IMG/VR virus record: IMGVR_UViG_3300042516_004811 | Coordinates: 64,001 to 128,000 of that record | DNA: 64,000 nt | Reading direction: 5' to 3' (one strand) | From: a virus | Shown here: positions 27,217 to 36,891 of the stretch, in pieces | Layout: the number at the start of each line of letters is the position of its first letter | How positions within the stretch are numbered: position 1 is the first letter of the stretch | The notes under the pieces: model-generated | What the model saw: only the letters and a program-made list of their open reading frames with translations | Databases searched by the model: none | Told to the model about the DNA's origin: nothing | Position numbers and translations under genes: made by a program

Positions 27217-29142
27217 ATGAGCGTAATTAGCGACGAATTTGTAAACACCTATAACGGCAAGCCAATACCTTGGGGTTTTAATGGCATGGGGGAGATTGTT
27301 TTTCTCCGTACGTATAGCCGCACCAAAGAAGATGGAACACTCGAAACCTGGGCTGACACAATCCAGCGCGTTATAAATGGCGCAATTGAAATTGGAGTCC
27401 CCTACACACAAAAAGAAGCTGAAGAACTTTTTGACCACATGTACAACCTTCGTTGCTCAATGAGCGGACGAGCATTGTGGCAACTTGGAACACCTATGGT
27501 TAAGAAGTTTGGTGGAGCATCGCTCAATAACTGTTATTTCGTAAACGTTGAAACAATCGAGGATTTTGAGTTCTTGTTTGACATGCTCATGCTTGGCGGT
27601 GGTGTTGGATTCTCTGTTGAGCGCTCCAAGATTCATGACCTGCCAAAAATCAAGACAGGTGTAACGATTACGCATGAACGCACTAATGATGCGGACATCA
27701 TTGTTCCGGACTCACGAACCGGTTGGCGTCGCCTTCTTCACGGCGTACTAAAGTCATACTTTGACACCGGTAAGTCATTCTCATACTCCACGATTCTGGT
27801 TCGCGAATTTGGAGCACCACTCAAAACGTTTGGTGGAACTGCCAGCGGACCTGGCGCGCTCATTGATGGAATAGCAGATATCTGTAAAGTGCTAGACAAC
27901 CGTGTTGGCAAGAAACTTCGCTCTGTTGACGTGCTAGATATTTGCAACATCATCGGGCGCATTGTTGTCTCTGGTTCATCTCGCCGCTCGGCTCAGATTT
28001 CAATGGGTGACCCAGATGACGTTTTGTTTCTCCGAGCCAAAAACTGGGCGTCTGGTTCCATTCCGGCATGGAGAGCAAACAGCAACAACTCCCTCTACGC
28101 GGATGGCTGGAATGAAATCCCCTCCGAGCTATGGAAGGGTTATGACGGTTCTGGTGAACCATACGGTTTGGTAAACAGAAAACTTGCTCGCACGTATGGA
28201 CGTCTTGGAGAGAAGCGTCCAGACCCAACAATCGAGGGCTTCAACCCTTGTGCCGAAATTGCCCTTGGGGACGGCGAGTCGTGCAATCTAGCAACGGTTT
28301 TCCTTCCGAATATCACATCAGAGAAGCAGTTGCACAGCATTGCTCGTTTGCTTTACATGACACAGAAGCACATCACGCGTCTGCCCTATCCATATGAGAA
28401 GACAACTTCGATTGTTCGTCAGAACGCTCGTCTTGGGCAGAGCATCACTGGAGTTCTTCAGTCAACGGAGAAGCAGTTGTCATGGCTCGACGGCACTTAT
28501 CAATATTTGCGCGATATCGATAAGGAATATTCAGCAAAGAATGGTTTCCCTGAGTCAGTCAGAATAACGACGGTTCAGCCATCCGGCACACTTTCTCTGC
28601 TGCCTGGGGTTACTCCTGGAATTCACCCAGCTTTCGCTAGTCACTACATTCGTCGTGTTCGGTTCGGTGCCTCTGACCCATTGGTTGAGGCATGCCGCAA
28701 GCGTGGATACAAGGTTCAGTGGGACGTCGGCCTTGATGGGCGTGAGGACCATACGCGTTTCGTTGTTGAATTCCCTTGCATGTCACCAGAGGGTTCAGTT
28801 CTCGCAAAAGATATGACAGCAATCGAGCAGCTTGAGTGGGTTAAGAAAATGCAGACACAGTGGGCAGATAATGCAGTTTCTGTGACTGTTTATTACCGTA
28901 AAGAAGAGCTTGATGACATCAAGTCATGGTTGAGCCAGAACTATGACAAAGGCGTAAAATCTGTTTCGTTCCTCTTGCATAGTGACCACAACTTTGCCCT
29001 ACCTCCATATGAGGAAATTACGGAAGAGCAATACACGAAGACTGTTTCGAAGATTAATTTCGACCTACCTTTGGTCCAGAGCAAGTTTGACGCAGAGTTC
29101 GATTTAGAGAATTGCGCAACTGGAGCCTGCCCGGTAAAGTGA
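27217..29142 (+). CDS. nrdJ: class II (adenosylcobalamin-dependent) ribonucleotide reductase
   Basis: SLNNC, GFNPCAEI, TTVQPSGT, C-terminal CATGACP; no small subunit gene nearby. Confidence 0.9.
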   Translation: MSVISDEFVNTYNGKPIPWGFNGMGEIVFLRTYSRTKEDGTLETWADTIQRVINGAIEIGVPYTQKEAEELFDHMYNLRCSMSGRALWQLGTPMVKKFGGASLNNCYFVNVETIEDFEFLFDMLMLGGGVGFSVERSKIHDLPKIKTGVTITHERTNDADIIVPDSRTGWRRLLHGVLKSYFDTGKSFSYSTILVREFGAPLKTFGGTASGPGALIDGIADICKVLDNRVGKKLRSVDVLDICNIIGRIVVSGSSRRSAQISMGDPDDVLFLRAKNWASGSIPAWRANSNNSLYADGWNEIPSELWKGYDGSGEPYGLVNRKLARTYGRLGEKRPDPTIEGFNPCAEIALGDGESCNLATVFLPNITSEKQLHSIARLLYMTQKHITRLPYPYEKTTSIVRQNARLGQSITGVLQSTEKQLSWLDGTYQYLRDIDKEYSAKNGFPESVRITTVQPSGTLSLLPGVTPGIHPAFASHYIRRVRFGASDPLVEACRKRGYKVQWDVGLDGREDHTRFVVEFPCMSPEGSVLAKDMTAIEQLEWVKKMQTQWADNAVSVTVYYRKEELDDIKSWLSQNYDKGVKSVSFLLHSDHNFALPPYEEITEEQYTKTVSKINFDLPLVQSKFDAEFDLENCATGACPVK

Positions 29143-29148
29143 TTGTAA

Positions 29149-29185
29149 GTGGCCACCCCGAAAAGTACGAACTCGGGGTGGCCAC
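29149..29185. other. 13-bp GC-rich hairpin between nrdJ and the tRNA cluster (terminator or processing stem)
   Basis: GTGGCCACCCCGA...TCGGGGTGGCCAC; no U-tract. Confidence 0.55.
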
Positions 29186-29193
29186 CAACAAAT

Positions 29194-29269
29194 GCGTCGG
29201 TGGCCAAATGGATAAGGCAACAGACTTCTAATCTGTCGATTGCAGGTTCGAGTCCTGCCCGACGCGCCA
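29194..29269 (+). tRNA. tRNA-Arg(UCU)
   Basis: GCGTCGGTGGCCAAATGGATAAGGC...CTTCTAA...GGTTCGAGTCC...CCA. Confidence 0.95.
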
Positions 29270-29304
29270 TTTTGACAGCGTGGGGTGCGTAGCCCAGCAG
29301 CAGG

Positions 29305-29385
29305 GGGCTAGTGGTGGAATGGCATACACGGAGGACTTAAAATCCTCTCCCGAAAGGGATGCGGGTTCAAATCCCGCCTAGCCCA
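29305..29385 (+). tRNA. tRNA-Leu(UAA)
   Basis: GGGCTAGTGGTGGAATGGCATACAC...CTTAAAA...variable arm...GGTTCAAATCC. Confidence 0.94.
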
Positions 29386-29404
29386 CAAGGTAGTATTCAA
29401 TCAT

Positions 29405-29480
29405 TGGCGAGTAGCTCAGTTGGCAGAGCGGAGGACTGTTAATCCTTTGGTCGCAGGTTCGAGCCCTGCCTCGCCAGCCA
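29405..29480 (+). tRNA. tRNA-Asn(GUU)
   Basis: TGGCGAGTAGCTCAGTTGGCAGAGC...CTGTTAA...GGTTCGAGCC...CCA. Confidence 0.95.
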
Positions 29481-29497
29481 AATAAATACCGTATAAG

Positions 29498-29875
29498 GTG
29501 TACAATGTTCGGATGGCTGAATTCGAACCAACAGAGAGACTTGGTGACTTTAAGGATATATTGTCCCGGTTCCAGTCTGGTTTTCCCGCAATAATAGATT
29601 GCGAGCATGGGTGGAATGAAATTATCGCCAACTGCCATCAGGAGTTAAAAACAATAGATGACGAGTATACGATTGCCCAGATTAAAGAGAAATTTGGAAC
29701 ACTCAGGTATTACTTTTCTTCTAGTAACCCATCTCTTTACAAGCAGATGTGTGGGGTTGTTTCTAAATATGAAAAGATGTCTTCTTCGACATGCGAGCTC
29801 TGTGGTTCTCCTGGGGCAACCAGGAACTCTGGCTACATCAAGACGCTATGTAATGAGCACGCGAAAACTAATTAG
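29498..29875 (+). CDS. phage hypothetical protein with C-terminal zinc motif
   Basis: GW...QIKEKFGTLRYY...CELCG...TLCNEH. Confidence 0.7.
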   Translation: MYNVRMAEFEPTERLGDFKDILSRFQSGFPAIIDCEHGWNEIIANCHQELKTIDDEYTIAQIKEKFGTLRYYFSSSNPSLYKQMCGVVSKYEKMSSSTCELCGSPGATRNSGYIKTLCNEHAKTN

Positions 29876-30696
29876 CGCTTAGCTTTTCTCGCTTTAGCCA
29901 TTTGTCGTGACGCCCTGTTCATTCTGGCCATGACGGATTCGTCACCAGCAAACATTCGGTCGCCTTTCATAAAAGATGGGGAAAGCATCAACATTGCTTT
30001 CCTGGTCTCATCGCGAAGTGTGGTTACCGATTCGTCTGTAACTAGCTCTTCCGGGGTATAGAGTTCACTAATTACACCAATACCGGTGAGGTCCGTATCA
30101 TGAATACTGTGGTCAGCCGATTTTCTTTGTGTCGAGCTAAATATTGACAAACTAAATTCTTCGGGATTTTCTGACTTCTTCTTAACCTTACTATAACGCT
30201 CAAGAAGTCTTCTCCCCTTTGCTGCAAGCTTTGCTGCATCTTCCATATTTTTGGGTACTGGTTCACCCCATGCTGCGGCAGAGAGCGCAAGCCTTGTAGC
30301 TCTACCTTTTTCGTCAACCATTGGCCCGGATGGATTCGTGAAGAAGCGTGTTAGGAAGGAGCCCTTCCTTCTCATCTTTTCTGGAGTATTTGCTGGCCCC
30401 ATTACTCCGGGTTTTAGGTTTGCCCCTTCTTTGCGCTTGAAGTAGGCGCGCCCAGCAGCAGTGAGACCACCCTTGGGGTCTTTGAGTCTTTTCTTGGCTG
30501 CCTTGCCTTCAATGCAGTCATTTAAGATTTTCCCACCGTAGTATTCATCGAATATCGGCATCATTGAATCGCTCTTTAGTTCGACTATTGACTGCTCAGC
30601 AATTAGGGCAAGTTCTTCTTCGACGTCTATGGCGTCAGAAATATTAAGAAGCTGCTCAAAGAGGGAGTCAAGATTCTCGTTATTGGTTTCATCCAT
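29872..30696 (-). CDS. DUF6321-like protein, head-module associated
   Basis: KDPKGGLTAAGRAYF...GANLKP...RRKGSFLTRF. Confidence 0.65.
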   Translation of the reverse strand: MDETNNENLDSLFEQLLNISDAIDVEEELALIAEQSIVELKSDSMMPIFDEYYGGKILNDCIEGKAAKKRLKDPKGGLTAAGRAYFKRKEGANLKPGVMGPANTPEKMRRKGSFLTRFFTNPSGPMVDEKGRATRLALSAAAWGEPVPKNMEDAAKLAAKGRRLLERYSKVKKKSENPEEFSLSIFSSTQRKSADHSIHDTDLTGIGVISELYTPEELVTDESVTTLRDETRKAMLMLSPSFMKGDRMFAGDESVMARMNRASRQMAKARKAKR

Positions 30697-30732
30697 ATAG
30701 CTACATTATCCCATGAAAGTTGTTTGTAGATA

Positions 30733-30777
30733 GAAAAGAACCCTGGGGTTCCGGTTTCCCGTTGCCCCAGGGTTCTC
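30733..30777 (-). terminator. intrinsic terminator after the major capsid gene
   Basis: AGAACCCTGGGG...CCCCAGGGTTCT stem followed by TTTCT on the minus strand. Confidence 0.75.
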
Positions 30778-30804
30778 TCTTGCGTTGCTACGCGTTGGTC
30801 GTTA

Positions 30805-32166
30805 TCAGACAGGTGCGCTGTCGAATGACACCTTCACGAAGGCCTCTGGACGCTTCACCGCTAGGGCTAGGCGCTGCTCGGCCAAGATGACGATGGCGTT
30901 GCGTACGAAGAAGTCTGAGTGCTGTTCCGAAATACGGATGCTGGCTTCCTCGCGGTCGTACAACTGAGCGCCGGTACCGAAGGCACCAACAAGAGCAGTG
31001 CCCTCATCGATGGCTGGGGTGTCCACCAGCGGCATGCGCCAGACCTTTGGCTCACCACCCATCGCAACCGAAACTGCGATTAGGTACTGACCCTGCTCGT
31101 CCTTCGTCAGTTCGATGTCTTCCCAGTCGTTCGGGTGTAGAACAACACCGCTTGGCTCGTAGTAAGCCAGGAACGAGAGGGTAGCAGCACGACGAATTGC
31201 GTCAGCCTTGGTGTCAGCAACTGGAGCGGTTTCTCCATCTGACCATGCGTATTCCTGAATGTTTGGTGTGTTGAGCACGCCGAGAAGGTTCTCGCCGGTT
31301 CCGTCACCGTTCAGAATCTGGTTGTCTTCGAGGAGACGCAGACCGTACATTAGCTCGTTGTCGATGATTGAGCGCAGCTGTGGCTCATCGGCAAGAACGT
31401 TGCGGTGTGCTGCTTCCCAGTGTGCGAGTGTGCGCACTGGAGCCTGCTCGCCAACGAAAGCGAATGACGACTGTGGCTTGATGCCGAAGGTCGCGCTCGC
31501 TGCGCCGGTTCCACGCTCTGCAACTGTCGCAGCGTTGTTTACGCCATGACCAGCCTCAAGTGTGGTGAACCCGAGCTGACGGAAGTACTCGATAACCGCT
31601 GCGTTTGTGCGACGGACCGGGAAAAGGTCACGAACGCGCTTGGTACGCATTGGAGGAGTAACGATTGCGTCACGCTGAACTGAACCAAGGCCAGTGGTGA
31701 TGTCACCGCTTGGCATACCTGAGAAGACGTCCTTGACGTTGTAACCACCTGAGAAGCTGGTGAGGGAAGCCTTCACCTGCCATGGAGCGGCCATGTTTGC
31801 GCCATTACGTCCACCGTTGAGGGCCTTGAACTCAGCTGACTCAAGGAACATCTGGCCGATGCTCTTGATTTCACGTGATGTCAACTGGGTGAGGTCAGCG
31901 GCAGCAGCAGCATAGGCTGAAGAAACCGAGTCACCTGCTGGCTGATTTGACCAGCTGTCAACGTTTTCGATGGTCTGAAGGTCCGAAAGAAGCGACTTGA
32001 TTTCTTTGATGTCGCGCATGTTCTTGTCGAACGCTGTCTTCTGGTCTGAGGAGACGACTACTGTGCCGTCCTCAACGCGGAACGAGTCGGCAATTGCCTT
32101 ATTCTCGTCCATTTTGGTTCTTAGAGCTGACTGGAGCTCTGAGATGCGGGCTTTGTCTTCCGACAT
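30805..32166 (-). CDS. HK97-fold major capsid protein
   Basis: Coiled-coil delta domain; VRDLFP, VRTLAHW, EDNQILNGDG, VLHPNDW, KDEQGQY, FVRNAIVILAEQRLALAVKRPEAF; AGAGG ribosome-binding site. Confidence 0.95.
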   Translation of the reverse strand: MSEDKARISELQSALRTKMDENKAIADSFRVEDGTVVVSSDQKTAFDKNMRDIKEIKSLLSDLQTIENVDSWSNQPAGDSVSSAYAAAAADLTQLTSREIKSIGQMFLESAEFKALNGGRNGANMAAPWQVKASLTSFSGGYNVKDVFSGMPSGDITTGLGSVQRDAIVTPPMRTKRVRDLFPVRRTNAAVIEYFRQLGFTTLEAGHGVNNAATVAERGTGAASATFGIKPQSSFAFVGEQAPVRTLAHWEAAHRNVLADEPQLRSIIDNELMYGLRLLEDNQILNGDGTGENLLGVLNTPNIQEYAWSDGETAPVADTKADAIRRAATLSFLAYYEPSGVVLHPNDWEDIELTKDEQGQYLIAVSVAMGGEPKVWRMPLVDTPAIDEGTALVGAFGTGAQLYDREEASIRISEQHSDFFVRNAIVILAEQRLALAVKRPEAFVKVSFDSAPV

Positions 32167-32332
32167 TGTGTTTACCTCTTATTGAAGTTGAAGGGTTGGA
32201 TTAATTGCTTTTCAGCGGATGGCTTAGGTAAGCACCCAGCCCTGCTAATAATCAAAAATAACAGATGATTGACATCATTTAGTGGAACTAATTATGTTTT
32301 GCCATTAAAGTGTGTAAATAGTTTTTTTACTG

Positions 32333-32971
32333 CTACTTGTGCCTTAGTTCTTCAGGGATGCTTGACTTGCGTTTTACGGGCTTATTTCCTCGTTCTGAAA
32401 GAACAACCCGAACTGCTTCCCTGGTTTCATTGTCTCTTCTTTTGGAGATATTTCGTCTACCAAGGGCCGTTGAGCCAGCCCTGTTTGCATAATCCGTCAT
32501 GTTGCTGCACGGCATCCATACCGAGCGTCCATTTTTGCTGACCCGCCTACTAATGCCGATGCACCCAAGCTGTCTTGAACGAGCCCTAGCTGACTCTGGG
32601 TCCATAAATACATCCATGTCTGTCTCGCGGATATATTCTGGGCCGACTGATTTGCCACCAAAAGAAGTTGCCGACACGAGTCCACCGCCAGGGAGTGTAG
32701 CTATGCCCATTATTGGGGCTTCGCGGAGGTTCTCCCAATCACTTCTTTTCTTTTTCCTCTTACCCATCTCGCGTTTTTTCTTAGGGCTGTAACCGGGGAC
32801 AACTGTTCTCCATTTCGATGTTTCCGCAATATTGGAGATTCTCTCCATTTCTTCCATTGTCTCGCATGGCATCCAGTTTCCGTCTGCGGAAAGATGCGCA
32901 CCAGTGCAGCCAATTTCTCTGGCCATTGCAAGTGCCTGAACTTTATCGACTAATTTCTTTTCGCGTGCCAT
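32333..32971 (-). CDS. protein with two DUF3721-like repeats
   Basis: AREIGCTGAH...WMPC and SRQLGCIG...WMPC. Confidence 0.65.
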   Translation of the reverse strand: MAREKKLVDKVQALAMAREIGCTGAHLSADGNWMPCETMEEMERISNIAETSKWRTVVPGYSPKKKREMGKRKKKRSDWENLREAPIMGIATLPGGGLVSATSFGGKSVGPEYIRETDMDVFMDPESARARSRQLGCIGISRRVSKNGRSVWMPCSNMTDYANRAGSTALGRRNISKRRDNETREAVRVVLSERGNKPVKRKSSIPEELRHK

Positions 32972-32973
32972 GA

Positions 32974-33711
32974 TTACCCAAGTTTCGACTTAATTGAAAT
33001 TGTTATTCTTTGCTTACCAGAAAGCATTTTTTTGCCATCAATAACTGGAGACAGGTTTCTCGCTCTTCTCTTCAGTCTTCTTCTGGCTGTGGTCCTATCG
33101 CGTTTTCCGTCATCTGAAAGAAATCTGCCCATCATTGATTCAGGCACAGATTTTTCTGCAATTTCGGAGGCAAGTAGAGAGATTGCATTATTTTTTCGTG
33201 GAACAAATGCTGACTTAGTTGTATCGAAACCAAATTTTCCACTCTTTATGGGGGAAATGATGGACGAAATCCGCGAAGCGACCTCGAATTGTCTTGCCTT
33301 ATAATCAATTGCATTCATTTTTGACTCAACAGAAGAAAATTTTGCTATTGATAGCTCTGATGAGGGCTTGTTTTCACTTAATTCAGTGTTTGTGTGTCTA
33401 TTGCTAAACATGCGAAAGGCCTGCGATGGTTTTTCAGTAACGTAATCTTGTTTTAGTGACTTGGTTTCTATGGCGTCCGAGGCAAACGAACCAAGCATTT
33501 TTTCAATCGATGGGGTTACGGACTTGAATCCAGTGCAAACAAACCCCTCGGGAAGAGCTATTTGCTCTATATCTGCAGATATAGAGCTTTCTGCAACTAT
33601 CCGCTTCCCGTACTCCGTCAAACTCTTTGATTCAATTACACCGTCATTATCGGAAATAACAACATGAGGGGTGTTTCTGAACAAATCTTTGATTATTGCG
33701 ACTTTTTTCAT
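32974..33711 (-). CDS. hypothetical head-module protein
   Basis: 245-aa ORF in the head operon. Confidence 0.7.
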   Translation of the reverse strand: MKKVAIIKDLFRNTPHVVISDNDGVIESKSLTEYGKRIVAESSISADIEQIALPEGFVCTGFKSVTPSIEKMLGSFASDAIETKSLKQDYVTEKPSQAFRMFSNRHTNTELSENKPSSELSIAKFSSVESKMNAIDYKARQFEVASRISSIISPIKSGKFGFDTTKSAFVPRKNNAISLLASEIAEKSVPESMMGRFLSDDGKRDRTTARRRLKRRARNLSPVIDGKKMLSGKQRITISIKSKLG

Positions 33712-33712
33712 T

Positions 33713-35755
33713 TTAGGCGCCTCTGATTATCGTGTTTAGGATGTTTTTTTGATTTCTAAGAACATCAAGTCGCTCTGTGAAAAGTTTTTCCATGATTTCC
33801 ATGTGTATCTTTTCGCCTGCAGACATTCCATATCTGTTCATATCGTTCTGGAAATTGGAAGTACTGAACTTTCTTGCCCTATTAATGAGCTGACCAATGA
33901 ACTGAATCAATAGAACCCTTTGTTCAGCCTTCAAAGTCTGGTAATACTCAGAATATGCTGGTGTCAGGCCTGATTCATAGAAGTCATTGAGTCTCAATTT
34001 CATTCTTTTGGTGATTTCTATCTTGGATAGGTCTGTCAGACCAGAAGTAGTGTTTTGTGCAAGCACTGCCCTTGTGCCATCAGGGGTATCTATTGGATAA
34101 ATCGATGTTGATGGCCTATTTCTCTGGTCAGTAAGGAAATCGGCAACAATCATCCGGGCCACATCCTCGTAACCTATGTCCTGAAACTTTGCATTTGGAT
34201 TAAACACGCCACCCGGTATTGCTGCTTCAACATCCTGGCGCAAGTACGTTCTTTTATCGCCGGCTTTGCCAACAAAAAGCACGTCAGGTGAGCTAAGCCC
34301 AAGGAACTGCTGTACGTCTGAAGCAAACCTTTCACCGAGATGTTGGAATTTTGCTGGACGCTCATACATGAAATACTTTTCTGGCCCAGATACAACTGCA
34401 GTAATGTTGTTGCCCATTTTCTGTTTCTGGATAGCGTTGGAACGCTTAATTACCTCAGAAAGAATGTCTGGGTGGATTGCAGAGAGAGAGCCACCCCCAG
34501 ATAGGTGAGCCATTGCCCTGTCAATATCTTTAATAAGCTTACGCTTTGCATCAAAAGACACAGTTTCTCTTGATTCCGAGGTGGAAACATCAACTGGCTT
34601 TTTTCTTCTCTTTGAAAAAAGGAGCTCTTGTGCCCATCTGGTTGTCTTGCCAACTGGCTCGTTTGGGTTCTTTATCCCAACAAATTTTTCTGAGTACTGA
34701 ATCCCGTCGCCAATTTCTTGAGAAACGTTTACCAGTCTTGCTGCTGGGTTTGTTGAGTTATTTATCTCCTGTGCAGTGTTAACTACCCGCCCAAGCTTTC
34801 TTCTTTCGCCAACAGTGAGCTTCCTTGCTTTTTCAAGCGTCAGCGAAGAACCACCAGGCAGAACATAAATAAGAGACCTTATTCCCGTATTTGAAAGAAG
34901 ACCCAGCTCTTCTCCACCAATATCAGATGGAGACAATGCTGACATTATGAATGAAGCGCCTTCCATGTCCCTGTTGTCGGGTATTGCTCGCAAAACGCGG
35001 CTTGGTACGACCGGCTCAAGAACAAATCCGTCACGTCTTACCATTCGTCTCACCCGCGTCGACGACGAAGAATTAAACTGACCAACGTCACGGATAATGT
35101 CTCTTGTTCTACCCATAGAGATTGAGCGATTTTCGTTTCCGACACGCGGAATCTGGGGGGCACGACTTTGAATGATTGAACTTGGTGCTATTCCGCCAGT
35201 TATATCCCTTCCGGACACCCTATCCGGTAGTCCAGAAGTCTGTGCTCTGCGTATTTCTCTTACTGCTGCACCAAGGACTGATGGTATGTCGAAAAGTTGT
35301 TGACCGCAAGTTGTAAACCTATTGTCTGTAAATCTTCCACCATACTGATACCCCTCGGGGCATCTGGCCGCACGGTTTTGACCAGGCAGTGAACCGCCAC
35401 GACGGCCTCCACCAAAACCTGGAGTGGCTGCTCTATAAAAAGCAGAACGAACAGGCGACCTTACCGGACCTAAGTCTCCAGGAACGAGAGTGCTTCCTAT
35501 CGTGCTTCCTATTTGGCGTAGTGCATTTGCCTTGAAGCTGATTTGATTGTTTCCTGTCTGACTTTTTCTTCTCTTAGTGTTGCCGTTTCTTTTTGAGAGA
35601 GCCCTGTACTGAATTAGGGCATGGGAAAGCTGCTTTCTTCCACGTAGATGGTCCACGTTTGACTTCCCAAAAAGGTCGCCAAGTACCACTCTTGTTACAA
35701 TAAGCTCGTTATTGTCGCAACATGGAAGAAGTTCATCCACAGCAGTTTTCCTCAT
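33713..35755 (-). CDS. multidomain protein: RCP..GGRFTD motif, possible degenerate JAB-like segment, C-terminal degenerate HipA/PI3K-like kinase fold
   Basis: GERFASDVQQFLGLSSPDV and RMIVADFLTDQRNR resemble HipA-like kinases, but the catalytic Asp residues are replaced. Confidence 0.55.
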   Translation of the reverse strand: MRKTAVDELLPCCDNNELIVTRVVLGDLFGKSNVDHLRGRKQLSHALIQYRALSKRNGNTKRRKSQTGNNQISFKANALRQIGSTIGSTLVPGDLGPVRSPVRSAFYRAATPGFGGGRRGGSLPGQNRAARCPEGYQYGGRFTDNRFTTCGQQLFDIPSVLGAAVREIRRAQTSGLPDRVSGRDITGGIAPSSIIQSRAPQIPRVGNENRSISMGRTRDIIRDVGQFNSSSSTRVRRMVRRDGFVLEPVVPSRVLRAIPDNRDMEGASFIMSALSPSDIGGEELGLLSNTGIRSLIYVLPGGSSLTLEKARKLTVGERRKLGRVVNTAQEINNSTNPAARLVNVSQEIGDGIQYSEKFVGIKNPNEPVGKTTRWAQELLFSKRRKKPVDVSTSESRETVSFDAKRKLIKDIDRAMAHLSGGGSLSAIHPDILSEVIKRSNAIQKQKMGNNITAVVSGPEKYFMYERPAKFQHLGERFASDVQQFLGLSSPDVLFVGKAGDKRTYLRQDVEAAIPGGVFNPNAKFQDIGYEDVARMIVADFLTDQRNRPSTSIYPIDTPDGTRAVLAQNTTSGLTDLSKIEITKRMKLRLNDFYESGLTPAYSEYYQTLKAEQRVLLIQFIGQLINRARKFSTSNFQNDMNRYGMSAGEKIHMEIMEKLFTERLDVLRNQKNILNTIIRGA

Positions 35756-36386
35756 CCGATTTTGAACTAATGAACGCAGAATAAACCTTTGTTCCAGATT
35801 CGTTTTCGCCTTCTATTTGCCAATTTTTATCGTCACCGATAAACTTGATAAAATCTGGCTCCATGTCGGCAAATTCCGACAAGACCTTCATCGCGTACTC
35901 AATGTCACCTTCTGTTACGACCTGGTTTAGACCCTTTTCCTCAGTGGCAAACTCCCTGTCGTAAAAGAACATGTCCAACTCTTCAATGGAGTCACTCTTT
36001 TTAAGATTTCTAACCACATTCTTTGGTTTCTTGCCAGCGAGAGACTGAGAAAACTGCGCATCAGTCCAGTTTGTTAACTTGCGAAGCTTTTTTCTGCAGT
36101 TTTTCATGCCCGGATGATGACATCCTTCGTTTGGCCATAAACCAGTTGTCTCATGGTGCAGCCAGGCGCATATATTGCTAAGTGGATAAAGCTCTGGATG
36201 GTTTGCAAGAATCACTCGACATCTTCTGAATCCACCAGGCTTCTTCATGATTGGTCGCCAATACCTAAGTAGGCGCTCAAGATTGCCTCTTCTGGGGCCG
36301 TACCCCCTAAGTATGTCACCAGTGACCAGTTCCTGTGGCAGTATGCCGCCAAGCGGGTCGGCCTTAATCTGCTCATTGTCAAGCAT
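35733..36386 (-). CDS. head-associated protein with Cys/His motif
   Basis: GNLERLLRYW...GGFRRC...ICAWLHHETTGLWP pattern recalled from actinophage head-region proteins. Confidence 0.6.
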   Translation of the reverse strand: MLDNEQIKADPLGGILPQELVTGDILRGYGPRRGNLERLLRYWRPIMKKPGGFRRCRVILANHPELYPLSNICAWLHHETTGLWPNEGCHHPGMKNCRKKLRKLTNWTDAQFSQSLAGKKPKNVVRNLKKSDSIEELDMFFYDREFATEEKGLNQVVTEGDIEYAMKVLSEFADMEPDFIKFIGDDKNWQIEGENESGTKVYSAFISSKSDEENCCG

Positions 36387-36891
36387 TATCGCTCTCCTCT
36401 ATTTTTCGGAGCAGGTGCATGGCGAGCCATGCGTCTTTCCGCTCCTGCTTCGTATTGAATACTCGTTTTGGCTTATCAAACTTTACCACTGGCCCATTAG
36501 CCGATTTGCTCAAAATTTGATTCGCTAAACCACTGGATGAAAATTCAAGAGATTTCTCATTAATCTTGTCAATCTTCTTGCGGTCTTTTCCAAGAGCAGA
36601 ATAAACAGGCAACCCGGCAAGCATCTTCTCATCCACTTCTTTTTCCTTTGAGATGAATGTTTCATACCAGCTACCGGAAGACATGTTTCTTGGGGCATCC
36701 CATAGTTTTCTATGGAATGGCGATGTCCTTATTTTCTTTAAACTGCGAGCACTTGAGGAAAAGGACATAAAGTCAATCCTCACAACAGTTCCATCTTCTC
36801 TCTCAATTGCGCCATCTTTGTCATTGACCGTGGCGTCGATTATGTAGTAAAGCTTGTCGTCTCCAACGGTCCCTACAAGTGCTGCTTTCAT
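36379..36891 (-). CDS. hypothetical protein
   Basis: 170-aa ORF, translationally coupled to neighbours. Confidence 0.65.
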   Translation of the reverse strand: MKAALVGTVGDDKLYYIIDATVNDKDGAIEREDGTVVRIDFMSFSSSARSLKKIRTSPFHRKLWDAPRNMSSGSWYETFISKEKEVDEKMLAGLPVYSALGKDRKKIDKINEKSLEFSSSGLANQILSKSANGPVVKFDKPKRVFNTKQERKDAWLAMHLLRKIEESDNA

